IMG/VR virus record: IMGVR_UViG_3300030330_004289
Coordinates: 1-40,783 of that record
Origin: a virus
Taxonomy: Duplodnaviria > Caudoviricetes
DNA: 40,783 nucleotides
Direction: 5' to 3' (one strand)
This document shows, piece after piece, positions 1 to 9,685 of the stretch; positions within the stretch are counted from its first letter, which is position 1, and each line of letters starts with the position of its first letter. The notes beneath the pieces are model-generated. The model saw only the letters and a program-made list of their open reading frames with translations, was not told the DNA's origin and made no database searches. Position numbers and translations under genes: made by a program.

Positions 1-144
1 CATAGATTAGACAAACCACTTGTAGCTGTTCCGCATGAGGGCAAATTTATTATTGGCCCGTATGAAGAAATAAACCAGCAATTAGCTGAATACGGTCTCA
101 AAATTGACGAGGATGTGGTGCCACCAGAGCCATATAAAGGATGA
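1..144 (+). CDS. Partial CDS (3' end), hypothetical phage protein
   Basis: Frame 1 is open from base 1 (HRLDKPLVAVPHEGKFIIG...PPEPYKG*); stop overlaps the next start (ATGA at 141-144). Confidence 0.7.
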   Translation, partial: HRLDKPLVAVPHEGKFIIGPYEEINQQLAEYGLKIDEDVVPPEPYKG

Positions 145-428
145 GCGCAAAAAGCGATTTTGTTTTAGGCAAAGTAGGCGTTACTACAACTGAGGGCAAA
201 GGACATGATCCAGAGTTTTGGGCCGCTCAAGCTACAAAGAAAATATGCGACATATCTGATAGTGCACCCGACCACATCAAACAACAGGCTTTGGCTTTTC
301 AAAACCAAGTTTATACTGTAATCTTATATACTATAAAAAATGCAATTAAGTCGCAAAATACGACTTATGCAAATTTGTTAGAAAAACAAGGCCACAGCGA
401 CATGGCTAAAATATTGAAGGAGCTATAA
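141..428 (+). CDS. Hypothetical phage protein
   Basis: 95 aa ORF coupled to both neighbours (ATGA, TAATG). Confidence 0.75.
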   Translation: MSAKSDFVLGKVGVTTTEGKGHDPEFWAAQATKKICDISDSAPDHIKQQALAFQNQVYTVILYTIKNAIKSQNTTYANLLEKQGHSDMAKILKEL

Positions 429-856
429 TGGCAATAACATCAGCAATATGTACAAGCTTTAAACAAGAGTTGTTAGTCGGCACACATAACTTTACAGCGT
501 CTAGTGGTAATTCATTTAAACTAGCTTTATACACTAGCTCTGCAACATTAGGAGCAGGCACAACGGCTTTTGTCACAACAGGACAAGCAAGTGGCACAAA
601 CTATACTTCTGGGGGTTCTGCATTAACAAGCGTGACGCCTACCACATCAGGCACGACAGCTGTGTGTGACTTTGCAGATTTAACATTTAGTAATGCTACA
701 GTGACAGCAAGAGGATGTTTGATCTACAACGACACGCAATCAGACAAAGCTGTAGCAGCTATTGATTTTGGTGGAGACAAAACCTCAACCGCAGGAGATT
801 TTACTATAGTTTTTCCTAGCGCTACCGCGACTGGCGCAATCATTAGGTTAGCTTAG
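428..856 (+). CDS. Virion structural protein (tail-associated, MAITSAICTSFKQELL type)
   Basis: Thr/Ser/Gly-rich beta-type protein of a kind common in marine phage tail modules; SD AAGGAG upstream. Confidence 0.7.
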   Translation: MAITSAICTSFKQELLVGTHNFTASSGNSFKLALYTSSATLGAGTTAFVTTGQASGTNYTSGGSALTSVTPTTSGTTAVCDFADLTFSNATVTARGCLIYNDTQSDKAVAAIDFGGDKTSTAGDFTIVFPSATATGAIIRLA

Positions 857-866
857 ATGTCGCCTC

Positions 867-2759
867 ATGCCGCTATCAAAACTTAATTTTAAGCCTGGTA
901 TAAATAAAGAGGAGACCGATTACTCAAACGAAGGTGGTTGGGTAGACGGTGATAAAATACGTTTTAGAAAAGGTAGAGTCGAGAAAATAGGCGGTTGGGA
1001 AAAGTTATCTCCAGACACCCTAATAGGTTCAGCGAGAGCCTTACATTCATGGATTTCATTAGGCGGCAGAAAATATCTAGGCATTGGCACAACCAATAAG
1101 TACTACATCGAAGAAGGTGGTGCATATAACGACATAACGCCAATCAGAAAAACCACTACTAACTCAGCCACGTTTGCAGCTACTAACGGATCTTCAACCT
1201 TGACCGTAACAGATAGTGCTCACGGTGCTGTAAATGGTGATTTTGTTACATTTTCTAGCGCTGTTAGCTTAGGCGGAAATGTAACAGCAACTGTGCTCAA
1301 TCAAGAATATCAGATCTCATTAGTTACAGGCACAAACACTTATGAAATTACTGCAAAAGATACTAGCGGAGCTACCGTTACTGCAAATGCTAGTGATTCG
1401 GGAAACGGTGGTTCTGGCACTGATGCAGTATATTTATTAAATTCTGGCTTAGATGTATTCGTGCCTTCTACTGGTTGGGGTGTTGGAGCTTGGGGTGCTG
1501 GATCATGGGGATCGGCTACTGAACTATCAGACACAAACAATCTACGCTTATGGACGCATGATAATTATGGAGAGGATTTAATTATCAACCCTAGAGCTGG
1601 TGGTGTATTTAGGTGGATAGAAAACGATGGCGTTAGCACAAGAGCAGTCAATTTGGCTACCACAAGTGGTGCTAACTTAGTGCCAACTAAAGCTTTACAA
1701 GTTATTACCTCTGAAACGGATAGGCATTTAATTATTTTAGGAGCTGATCCTATTAGCAGCGGTGCAAGAACAGGCGTGCTAGATCCAATGTTGATTGCAT
1801 TTAGCGACCAAGAAAACCCATTAGAATTTGAGCCATTAGCTACTAATACTGCTGGATCGCTCAGATTATCTTCTGGTTCTGCAATAGTAGGTGGTATAAA
1901 AGCAAGACAAGAGGTGTTGATATGGACTGATACCTCACTATACTCAATGAATTTTATCGGACCACCTCTTACCTTTGCAGTCAACCTTATAAACGAAGGC
2001 GCAGGTTTAATAGGGCCTAAAGCCGCGACTAATTCACCGCGAGGTGTTTATTACATGTCTAAAAAAGGTTTTTATTATTACAACGGCTCAGTGCAAAAAC
2101 TACCATGTAGCGTGCAAGATTATGTATTTTCTGATCTCGATGATACGCAAGCCTTTAAGTGTTTTGCTGGTTTAAATGAAGAGTTTTCTGAGATTTGGTT
2201 TTTTTATCCATCGGTCACCGATAACGAAACTGAAATATCCAGATACGCAATATACAACTATGAAGAAGGCTCTTGGAGTATTGGCACGCTAGAGCGTTAC
2301 AGCTGGTTGGCCGCAGGCGTATTAGATAAACCATTAGCAGCTGGTGAAGAAAGCTCAACTAAACGCATCTACGAGCACGAGAAAGGGTTTAACGATGATG
2401 AAAGCGCCATGGATGGTGTGTTTGTTGAATCAGCCGACATAGACATTGCAGACGGCGATAGGTTTGTGTTTTTAAAGCGCATCTTGCCAGATATATTGTT
2501 TGTTAATCAGGTTGGTACAAGCCAAGATCCAGCTATAAATGTTGTGGTTAAAAGACGCGATTTTAACAATCAAACATTAGCAACAGATTCGACGACACAG
2601 ATTACCCCAAGCTCAACTTTTGGATCTTTGCGATCACGAGCTAGGCAGTTTGTACTGCGCTTTGAATCAGACGATGATAATGCAGTCAATGATAGAAAAA
2701 ATTACAAGTGGAGGCTTGGCAGCACAAGAGTAGAAGTTCAACCATCCGGGCGTAGATAA
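867..2759 (+). CDS. Tail tubular/nozzle (DNA stabilisation-type) protein
   Basis: 630 aa; FKPGINKE..Y..EGGWVDGDKIRF N-terminus and propeller-like repeats; lies just before the ejection proteins as in podoviruses. Confidence 0.7.
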   Translation: MPLSKLNFKPGINKEETDYSNEGGWVDGDKIRFRKGRVEKIGGWEKLSPDTLIGSARALHSWISLGGRKYLGIGTTNKYYIEEGGAYNDITPIRKTTTNSATFAATNGSSTLTVTDSAHGAVNGDFVTFSSAVSLGGNVTATVLNQEYQISLVTGTNTYEITAKDTSGATVTANASDSGNGGSGTDAVYLLNSGLDVFVPSTGWGVGAWGAGSWGSATELSDTNNLRLWTHDNYGEDLIINPRAGGVFRWIENDGVSTRAVNLATTSGANLVPTKALQVITSETDRHLIILGADPISSGARTGVLDPMLIAFSDQENPLEFEPLATNTAGSLRLSSGSAIVGGIKARQEVLIWTDTSLYSMNFIGPPLTFAVNLINEGAGLIGPKAATNSPRGVYYMSKKGFYYYNGSVQKLPCSVQDYVFSDLDDTQAFKCFAGLNEEFSEIWFFYPSVTDNETEISRYAIYNYEEGSWSIGTLERYSWLAAGVLDKPLAAGEESSTKRIYEHEKGFNDDESAMDGVFVESADIDIADGDRFVFLKRILPDILFVNQVGTSQDPAINVVVKRRDFNNQTLATDSTTQITPSSTFGSLRSRARQFVLRFESDDDNAVNDRKNYKWRLGSTRVEVQPSGRR

Positions 2760-3070
2760 TGAGCAAATTATTACCTACACAATTGCCGTTGGCTGATGGC
2801 GATACCGTTTCAGCAGATACTTTTAACAGATTGATAAGGATTTTAGAAATAAACCTAGGTTCTGTTGATCCTGATAGCATAAAATCGTTTAACTCCACAG
2901 ACCTTAGCGAGTTGCAATTTGCTACCGGTGCTATTATATTTAACTCAACGACAGAGGTTCACCAAGCCTTTGATGGAACGCAGTTTAGAAACCTGTATGA
3001 GCATCAAACTTATTTAACCGGAATCTCTGCAACGATGAGTATAGGAGCAGTAACAGTAAGCACGCCATGA
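2759..3070 (+). CDS. Small tail-associated hypothetical protein
   Basis: 103 aa, translationally coupled on both sides. Confidence 0.65.
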   Translation: MSKLLPTQLPLADGDTVSADTFNRLIRILEINLGSVDPDSIKSFNSTDLSELQFATGAIIFNSTTEVHQAFDGTQFRNLYEHQTYLTGISATMSIGAVTVSTP

Positions 3071-4611
3071 TAAGCGAAAGACTACAACAAAGAATAGCAA
3101 ATCTAACAGGTGATAGCATGGCAGAGATATCATCCGATCCTAAAGGCGCTTTATCTAATCGTGACATGCAAATGGGTGCAACTATGTCAGGTCTTAGCAG
3201 AGCGAAGGGAGTTCTTTCAAATCAAGATGTTGCAGCGGTAGAGCAAATACTTAAAGATCAGCAGAGTGCAGGTATGTCGCCACAAGACAAAGAAACTCTA
3301 GAGTCTATGCTACAAAGAGCACAACAATCAAGTATGGCTCCTATGTCAGGACAAGCTCAAGAGCTGGCTATGCAAGGCGAAGGCGAAGATACGCAGTTAG
3401 CACATTTACGTCCTGGCGAAGTTGTGCTACCACCAGAGTTTTTTGAAGATGCTAAGTTTGAAAAAGCTGTAGAAAATAAGTTTAAGCAAGCAGGCATAGA
3501 TCCTGAACAAGCAGTAGTCGGTGTGGGTATAGCAAGCCTTAATGAAATGACGGGTTTAGAGCAGTTTGGGTTTTTCAAAAAGATAGGTAAAAGTTTAAAG
3601 AAAATCGTAAAAAAAGTTGCACCGATAGCTGCCTTTATACCAGGCGTAGGCACTGCATTAGGTGGTGTTTTGGGTGGTGTTGCAGGTAAAGTTGGTGGCG
3701 CTTTGGGACTTAAAGGAACTGTTGCTAAAAAGGTTTTAGGTGGTATTGGTGGACTAAAGATACCAGGTATATCAAACATTGCAGGAGGCGCAGCTGGTGG
3801 TTTTGGCAGTCTAAAAGGTTTGGGTAGCTTAAGTGGTATGCTAAAAGGTGGTCCTTTTGGTGGATTAACTAATCAGACGACGCAAACAGGACAAATTAGC
3901 GAAGAAGAGTTTGCTGCCATGAGCCCATTAGAACAACAACTTTATTTAACACAATCGCAAAATCAACAAAGTGGTATTTTAAAAAACTTATTAGGCACCC
4001 AACAAAATGATGGTGGTCTATTTGGCGGTGGTTTTGGTGACATGCTTAAGTTAGGTGGTATTGGTGCGTTGGCGTCGGGGTTAGGTAAGTTAGCGTATGA
4101 GGATGCAAAAAAACAAAAAGGCGTGCCTCTAACACCATTAACAACCATGAGTCCGACAGGCAGATACAATATAGAAGCTGAGATCGCAAGAAGAATGGGA
4201 CAAGCTGCGCCAAACCCTGTAGAGTTTGGGTTATTGCCAAGAGGCACTCTGCCAGAACTATCGGGTGGTAAACCAAGAGGTATGCGAGCTGGCGGTATTA
4301 TGGCTTTCGCACAAGGCGGAGCCGTGCAAATGCAAGAAGGTGGAGAGATGGATCCAAGTCAGTTTCCAAGAAAAGATGGCGATATAAACGGTCCAGGCAC
4401 GGAAACCAGCGATGACATACCAGCTATGTTAAGCGATGGTGAGTTTGTGATGACAAGCAGAGCTGTGAGGGGTGCTGGAGCTTATGAAGTACAAGCTAAT
4501 CCAAACGGTATAATTAGTTTAGTGCCAGCCTTAGAAGAGGATAGAGAGCGCGGTATGGATAATATGTATAAAATGATGGATACCTTTGCTAACAGAGCGG
4601 AGCCTTCATAA
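3067..4611 (+). CDS. Putative internal virion/ejection protein
   Basis: Gly-rich hydrophobic centre, cationic amphipathic helix, GPGTETSDDIPAMLSDGEFV motif known from tape-measure/internal proteins, xxxGG motifs. Confidence 0.65.
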   Translation: MISERLQQRIANLTGDSMAEISSDPKGALSNRDMQMGATMSGLSRAKGVLSNQDVAAVEQILKDQQSAGMSPQDKETLESMLQRAQQSSMAPMSGQAQELAMQGEGEDTQLAHLRPGEVVLPPEFFEDAKFEKAVENKFKQAGIDPEQAVVGVGIASLNEMTGLEQFGFFKKIGKSLKKIVKKVAPIAAFIPGVGTALGGVLGGVAGKVGGALGLKGTVAKKVLGGIGGLKIPGISNIAGGAAGGFGSLKGLGSLSGMLKGGPFGGLTNQTTQTGQISEEEFAAMSPLEQQLYLTQSQNQQSGILKNLLGTQQNDGGLFGGGFGDMLKLGGIGALASGLGKLAYEDAKKQKGVPLTPLTTMSPTGRYNIEAEIARRMGQAAPNPVEFGLLPRGTLPELSGGKPRGMRAGGIMAFAQGGAVQMQEGGEMDPSQFPRKDGDINGPGTETSDDIPAMLSDGEFVMTSRAVRGAGAYEVQANPNGIISLVPALEEDRERGMDNMYKMMDTFANRAEPS

Positions 4612-4613
4612 TC

Positions 4614-7600
4614 ATGAGAATGTCAGCACCAAGTTTTAGCGTAGGTCGTAAAAAACCAAGTCCAGTTGCAGTTGGCAGACCTGTGCCACCGCCACCGAGC
4701 TTTGATGACTCTGAATTGCGTCGTAGACTTAGAGAGCTAGAGGGTAGAGTTATACCACAATTTGATCCAAGTGCATTACAAGCAAGACTGGCAGAACTAG
4801 AGGGTAGACAAGCACCCATGTTTGATCCAAGTGATTTGCAAAGACAAATTAGAGAGTTAGGACAAAGACCAGGTAGAGATGATTTTATGTCTATTGAGAG
4901 GCAATTACAGGATTTACGAAATAGAGATGTGCCTCAATTCGATCCGAGCGCGTTGCAAGCACAGATTGGAGGACTGCAACGACAGTTAGGCAATATTCCT
5001 CAGTTTGACGACTCAGCTTTAAGAGATAGGTTGCAAGCACTTGAGGGTAGAGAAATACCACAGTTTGATGCATCTGGTTTACAATCTCAAATAGGTGGTC
5101 TACAAGATAGATTAGCTAATTTGCCTCAGTTTGATCCGAGTAATTTACAATCTCAAATAGGTGGTCTACAAGATAGATTAGCAAACATACCTCAATTTGA
5201 TCCAAGCGGTTTACAAGAACAGATTGGAGGATTGCAACAACAATTAGGTGATATACCTCAATTTGATGATTCTGCTTTGCGTGAAAGATTGCAAGCTTTA
5301 GAAGGCAGAGAGATGCCTCAGTTTGATCCTTCACAGTTACAGGCTGGCATACAAGGATTAAGTGATCGTATATCCAATATACCTCAGTTTGATCCCTCTG
5401 CTTTACAAAACAGACTTAGTGCGTTAGAAAATAGACAAGCACCAACGTTTAACCCAGATGATTTTAGAGAACAGTTTTTAAATATAGCACGAGAAGGTAT
5501 AGATATACCACAACCAACACAAGCATTTGATCCGAGTGGTTTGCAAAAAAGACTACAAGCTTTAGAAAACCGAGAAATGCCGCAGTTTGATCCATCGCGA
5601 TTGCAAGAGCGTTTATCTGCTTTGGAGAATGTGCAACCAGTAGTACCGCCAGCAGCTTTTGATCCATCTGGGTTACAAGCTAGGTTAGATGCATTAGAAG
5701 GCAGAGAACCAGTTGCAGCAACTCCTGCATTTGATCCTAGTGGACTACAGGCTAGATTAGATGCATTAGAGAACAGAGAGCCAGTTGCTGCTCCACCAGC
5801 TTTTGATCCTAGTGGATTGATGGCAAGATTAGATGACTTTGAAAGCAGGCTTGGAGCTTTACAGCAACCATTACCAATACAGCCTCCAGGTGATACAGAT
5901 TTAGGTATTAAAGAAGGAGCACCAGACATACGAGACTTTGCAAAACCGTTGCCAGGAGGCGGTACCATTTTTGATCAGGTTCCTGATATTGGTATAAGTC
6001 CACCAAGACCACCTAAGCCAGCGGAGCAAGACTTTGGGTTTGGCCCAGGAATTAGACCAAGTGAAATAATTGGAAGAGATGGCGAATTTGTTGGTTCAGG
6101 TGGCGTAACACCACCAACAGATACGATCGAGTTGCCAACAGCAATATCATCACCTCTTGTCCCCCTTTTTGATAGTCAAGGTCTGCAAAGACCTAAACCA
6201 ACGCAACGAATAGCGGAAAAAATAAAAAGACAACAAGATCTAAACCGAGGACTACAACCTCCACAAGATGACAAGCTTATAAATGACGGGCCTATATTTG
6301 GTGAACCAACAGGTATAGACCTTAAACCTTTGCCAAGAATCGAGGGTGGTACAGTAAACACCACACCAGGCGGAGATCCCTTTAATCGACCTATAACAGG
6401 AGAGCCAGAACCACCAAGCGGATATTCAAATGTCCTTCCAGGACAATCACGATTGTACAGCAATGATTTACCTGGTAGCGAATTACCACCGATACCTGTA
6501 TCAGGAGCAGGAACTAATTTTAGACCACAACCCCCTATATCAATAGGCGGCGCAAGTGGAGGTGTAGGAAATATGTTGGCTATATCTCCTGGCGGGCCAA
6601 TACCAGTATCAAGAGGAGGTAGAGACGACTTAGTATTCCCAGGTGGTTCACGGACTTTTGATGAAAGAGGTGAAACTTTTGATCCTCCTTCTGCACCAAG
6701 GAGCATTTTTGATGTGGAAGATCTTTCAAATATTACAGATGAAGAAATAAGAAGGCGTGCACAGGAAACCCCTTTTGTAGGTATGCCCTCCCTTGAGGAA
6801 CAACAAGAAAGAATTTTAGGTGTTCAAAGAGAGTTATCAAGAAAACGTAACGAACAGAGAGCACAAAAGGGATTGCCTGCGTACGAAGATAGGGTAATAG
6901 AAGGCCTTGCTCCTACAGGCCCTGATAATATTGGTGGTGGTGCACCTGGTTTAGTAGATCAACAACAAGACTTAACCACAGGCGATGAAATGCAAACGCC
7001 TACAATCGCTAACGAGCAACCTTTTGCTGCTGGCGTAACTCAGGTCGCAACTGGCTTAGATCCGCTAACAGAGCAATTATTATTTGGTATCGGTGGTCAA
7101 GGTGGCTTTATTCCAGGAGCGATGCGAGCTGCCGAAAAAGTATTTTACGATGACCAAGGTAATCCTGTCGTTATTGACGAACAAGTAGCTGGTTTTAGTC
7201 CAGATCAATTACAAGCCATGCAAATGCAAAGAGAAGCGCTAGGCATGCAAGATCCATATTTACAAGGCGCAGGACAAGCTTTTGGTGCTGGCACGCAAGC
7301 CTTAGAAGAAGGCTTACAAAGAGGTAGAACTGCTGCCATCGGAGCGCTAGAAGCAACTAAGGGAGGAGTTGGATCTTTACAAGAGGGTTTAGGCGAATCA
7401 GCTGATATACTCAGAGGCACTTTAGGTGGCTATGATCCAAGTATGACGGATCGATTCTATGATCCGTTTGAAGATCGTGTAGTGCAACAAACTATCGAAG
7501 ATATTATGGAGCAAGGTGCTAAGTCAGATATTGGAGCACGAGCTAGCGATATTGCAAGAGGTGGTGAGTCTGCCTTTGGTTCTAGAGCTCGTCTCGGCGC

Positions 7601-8180
7601 AGGAGAGCGTCAAGAAGCACTAGGAAGGGGTTTGGCTGAGGCATTGGGTGGCATACGCTCTAGAGGCTTTAGAGAGGCTCAACAGACAGGTTTAGGCGAG
7701 TTTGCTCGACAAAAAGCTGCGGAAAGAGCTGCAAGCACAGGTTTAGCTAGTTTAGCAGGTCAAGGCTTTGGTGGTTCGCAAGCATTAGCGGGCGCTCTGA
7801 GTGGTTTAGGACAAACCGAGCAAGATATAGGACAACAAAGATATAGTGGGCAATTTGGTCTTGGAACAAGTTTACAGGGCCTAGGAGCGCAAGCAGCAGG
7901 CGCATCTGCATCTGACATAGCTGCACTTTATGGCATGGGATCACAGCAACAAGGACAAGCCCAAGCAATGTTAGATGCACAACGTCGTAATTTACAACAG
8001 CGACAGATGACACCATTGCTTCAATATCAAGCATTGGCTCCGTTTATTGGTATGGCGCCGGCAGGTCAGTTTACAACTACAACTCAATTTGCGCCACCGC
8101 CTAGTCCAATGCAGGCAGGACTTGGCGTTGGTCTATCGGCGTTTGGTGCATTAGGACAGTTGTACGGCGGAGGTAAATAG
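4614..8180 (+). CDS. Putative internal virion/DNA pilot protein with N-terminal PQFDPS repeats
   Basis: 1188 aa: repeat region, Pro-rich linker, Gln/Gly/Ala-rich helical C-terminus ending in a hydrophobic Gly-rich tail. Confidence 0.65.
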   Translation: MRMSAPSFSVGRKKPSPVAVGRPVPPPPSFDDSELRRRLRELEGRVIPQFDPSALQARLAELEGRQAPMFDPSDLQRQIRELGQRPGRDDFMSIERQLQDLRNRDVPQFDPSALQAQIGGLQRQLGNIPQFDDSALRDRLQALEGREIPQFDASGLQSQIGGLQDRLANLPQFDPSNLQSQIGGLQDRLANIPQFDPSGLQEQIGGLQQQLGDIPQFDDSALRERLQALEGREMPQFDPSQLQAGIQGLSDRISNIPQFDPSALQNRLSALENRQAPTFNPDDFREQFLNIAREGIDIPQPTQAFDPSGLQKRLQALENREMPQFDPSRLQERLSALENVQPVVPPAAFDPSGLQARLDALEGREPVAATPAFDPSGLQARLDALENREPVAAPPAFDPSGLMARLDDFESRLGALQQPLPIQPPGDTDLGIKEGAPDIRDFAKPLPGGGTIFDQVPDIGISPPRPPKPAEQDFGFGPGIRPSEIIGRDGEFVGSGGVTPPTDTIELPTAISSPLVPLFDSQGLQRPKPTQRIAEKIKRQQDLNRGLQPPQDDKLINDGPIFGEPTGIDLKPLPRIEGGTVNTTPGGDPFNRPITGEPEPPSGYSNVLPGQSRLYSNDLPGSELPPIPVSGAGTNFRPQPPISIGGASGGVGNMLAISPGGPIPVSRGGRDDLVFPGGSRTFDERGETFDPPSAPRSIFDVEDLSNITDEEIRRRAQETPFVGMPSLEEQQERILGVQRELSRKRNEQRAQKGLPAYEDRVIEGLAPTGPDNIGGGAPGLVDQQQDLTTGDEMQTPTIANEQPFAAGVTQVATGLDPLTEQLLFGIGGQGGFIPGAMRAAEKVFYDDQGNPVVIDEQVAGFSPDQLQAMQMQREALGMQDPYLQGAGQAFGAGTQALEEGLQRGRTAAIGALEATKGGVGSLQEGLGESADILRGTLGGYDPSMTDRFYDPFEDRVVQQTIEDIMEQGAKSDIGARASDIARGGESAFGSRARLGAGERQEALGRGLAEALGGIRSRGFREAQQTGLGEFARQKAAERAASTGLASLAGQGFGGSQALAGALSGLGQTEQDIGQQRYSGQFGLGTSLQGLGAQAAGASASDIAALYGMGSQQQGQAQAMLDAQRRNLQQRQMTPLLQYQALAPFIGMAPAGQFTTTTQFAPPPSPMQAGLGVGLSAFGALGQLYGGGK
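4700..5870 (+). repeat. Coding tandem repeat, about 21-25 aa unit (P[Q/A]FD[P/D]SxLQ...L..LE/GGLQ)
   Basis: More than 15 copies visible in the translation; exact 39-bp repeat at 5078-5116 and 5144-5182 (66-bp period). Confidence 0.9.
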
Positions 8181-9685
8181 TGGCTATATCACGAGCACAA
8201 ATACCTGAACAAGTAGACATATTTAATGAAGGCGGAGCTGCTGAATCAAATGCTGATTCATATACAGATCTATACGATCGATTGTCACAAGCAAACTACG
8301 AAGATAGCTACAACAAATACTTACAAAGATTGTCACAGTTTGCGCCTAAGCAGAAAAAGATGAGTATTTATGATGTAGCTTCTGAATTAGGAGCAGGTCT
8401 TTTGTCAACGCCAAATACAGGTATGGGTTCAACTTTTACTGGTTTAGGTGTAGGGTTTGGTAATATTTCAACGCGCATAAAGCAAGCAGAAAAAGAAAAT
8501 GAGGCAATGCGTAGACAAATAGGATTACAAGCAGCAGAGATGGCTATGCAAGACGAAAAATCGGCTTTGGATTTTTTAACAGAATATGAAATGAAAAACA
8601 TAGATTACCGCAATAAGCGAGGCGATTTATTAACCTTTGAGTACAAAAATGATGCAGGAGAGATAATAAGAACAACAGTAAGAGACAATTACAGTAATGA
8701 TGACATCATAGATGACCTTATATATGTGAAGGGTGCGGTCGAAGCAAAGGCACCTGGTAGTGTTGTAAACATAGCAGGTCAAGAAACTAGCGAAAGAGAC
8801 AAAGAGGCAATAAAGCGTCAGTTCAAACAAGAAGAAGAAATATTTACACAAAGAAAGGCCGGTGTTTCAAGCATTGCAAATCTCAACGAAGCAGAAGCTA
8901 TTGCAAAAAGACTGGGTAAAGAAAATTTTGGTACAGTAGCAAAATTGACTTTATACCCACGGCAATTGTTATCGGGTTTTGGACTTACCTCAGAAAACCA
9001 AGATCAAATTATAGGTGACCAAATTTTGGCTGGTCAGATATCTTTAGGTTTTACAATGGATATAGTAAGTAGAACCAAGGGTGCTATATCAAATAGAGAA
9101 ATGGAAATGTTTGAAAGGGCATCACCCGGCTTGGGCTCAAACTATGTAGGATATTTAAAACAGGTTGATTATTTAAAAAGAGTTGCACAAAGAGACATAG
9201 ATGCTGCCAACGCTTATGCCACAGAGGCAGATAGATTAGAAAAGTTAGAACAACAGGGCGAGCTCAGTGCGTCGCAGGTAACCAGACAATTAGACTTGTT
9301 TATGGGCGACTGGTATAACGATAACTTAATTTTTAATAAAGTAGTCGATGGCAAATTTGTAAAAAGTAATTATTCTCCAGAGGGTTCTACTAAAGATGAG
9401 TTTGGGGAATTGAGTAAAATAGCAACTGGTAATCATATAGATGAGGAGGGCAATGTTTATGTAACAGATGAAGGATTAAATGCAGACTTGTGGGCGAAAA
9501 ATTATAGAGAAGGACAAGATGCAGCAAGTCAACAAAAGTCTTCTTATACCATGAATAAGCTACCAGCTATAGATGCGCTAGAACGTAAGAAAGAATCAAT
9601 CCAAGCAAATGCAGGCCTAACTCCCGATCAAAAAAAAGAACTTATCCAAAAGATTGATGAAAAAATACAGGCATTACAAGAATGA
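8180..9685 (+). CDS. Putative internal virion/ejection protein
   Basis: 501 aa helical protein with GTG start; KGAISNREMEMF..ASPGLG motif; within the ejection gene run. Confidence 0.6.
   Translation: MAISRAQIPEQVDIFNEGGAAESNADSYTDLYDRLSQANYEDSYNKYLQRLSQFAPKQKKMSIYDVASELGAGLLSTPNTGMGSTFTGLGVGFGNISTRIKQAEKENEAMRRQIGLQAAEMAMQDEKSALDFLTEYEMKNIDYRNKRGDLLTFEYKNDAGEIIRTTVRDNYSNDDIIDDLIYVKGAVEAKAPGSVVNIAGQETSERDKEAIKRQFKQEEEIFTQRKAGVSSIANLNEAEAIAKRLGKENFGTVAKLTLYPRQLLSGFGLTSENQDQIIGDQILAGQISLGFTMDIVSRTKGAISNREMEMFERASPGLGSNYVGYLKQVDYLKRVAQRDIDAANAYATEADRLEKLEQQGELSASQVTRQLDLFMGDWYNDNLIFNKVVDGKFVKSNYSPEGSTKDEFGELSKIATGNHIDEEGNVYVTDEGLNADLWAKNYREGQDAASQQKSSYTMNKLPAIDALERKKESIQANAGLTPDQKKELIQKIDEKIQALQE

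Noticed and set aside
4700-5870. Regularly spaced repeats as a CRISPR array
   Set aside because: Repeats are in frame, vary at synonymous sites, have no unique spacers, and no cas genes are present
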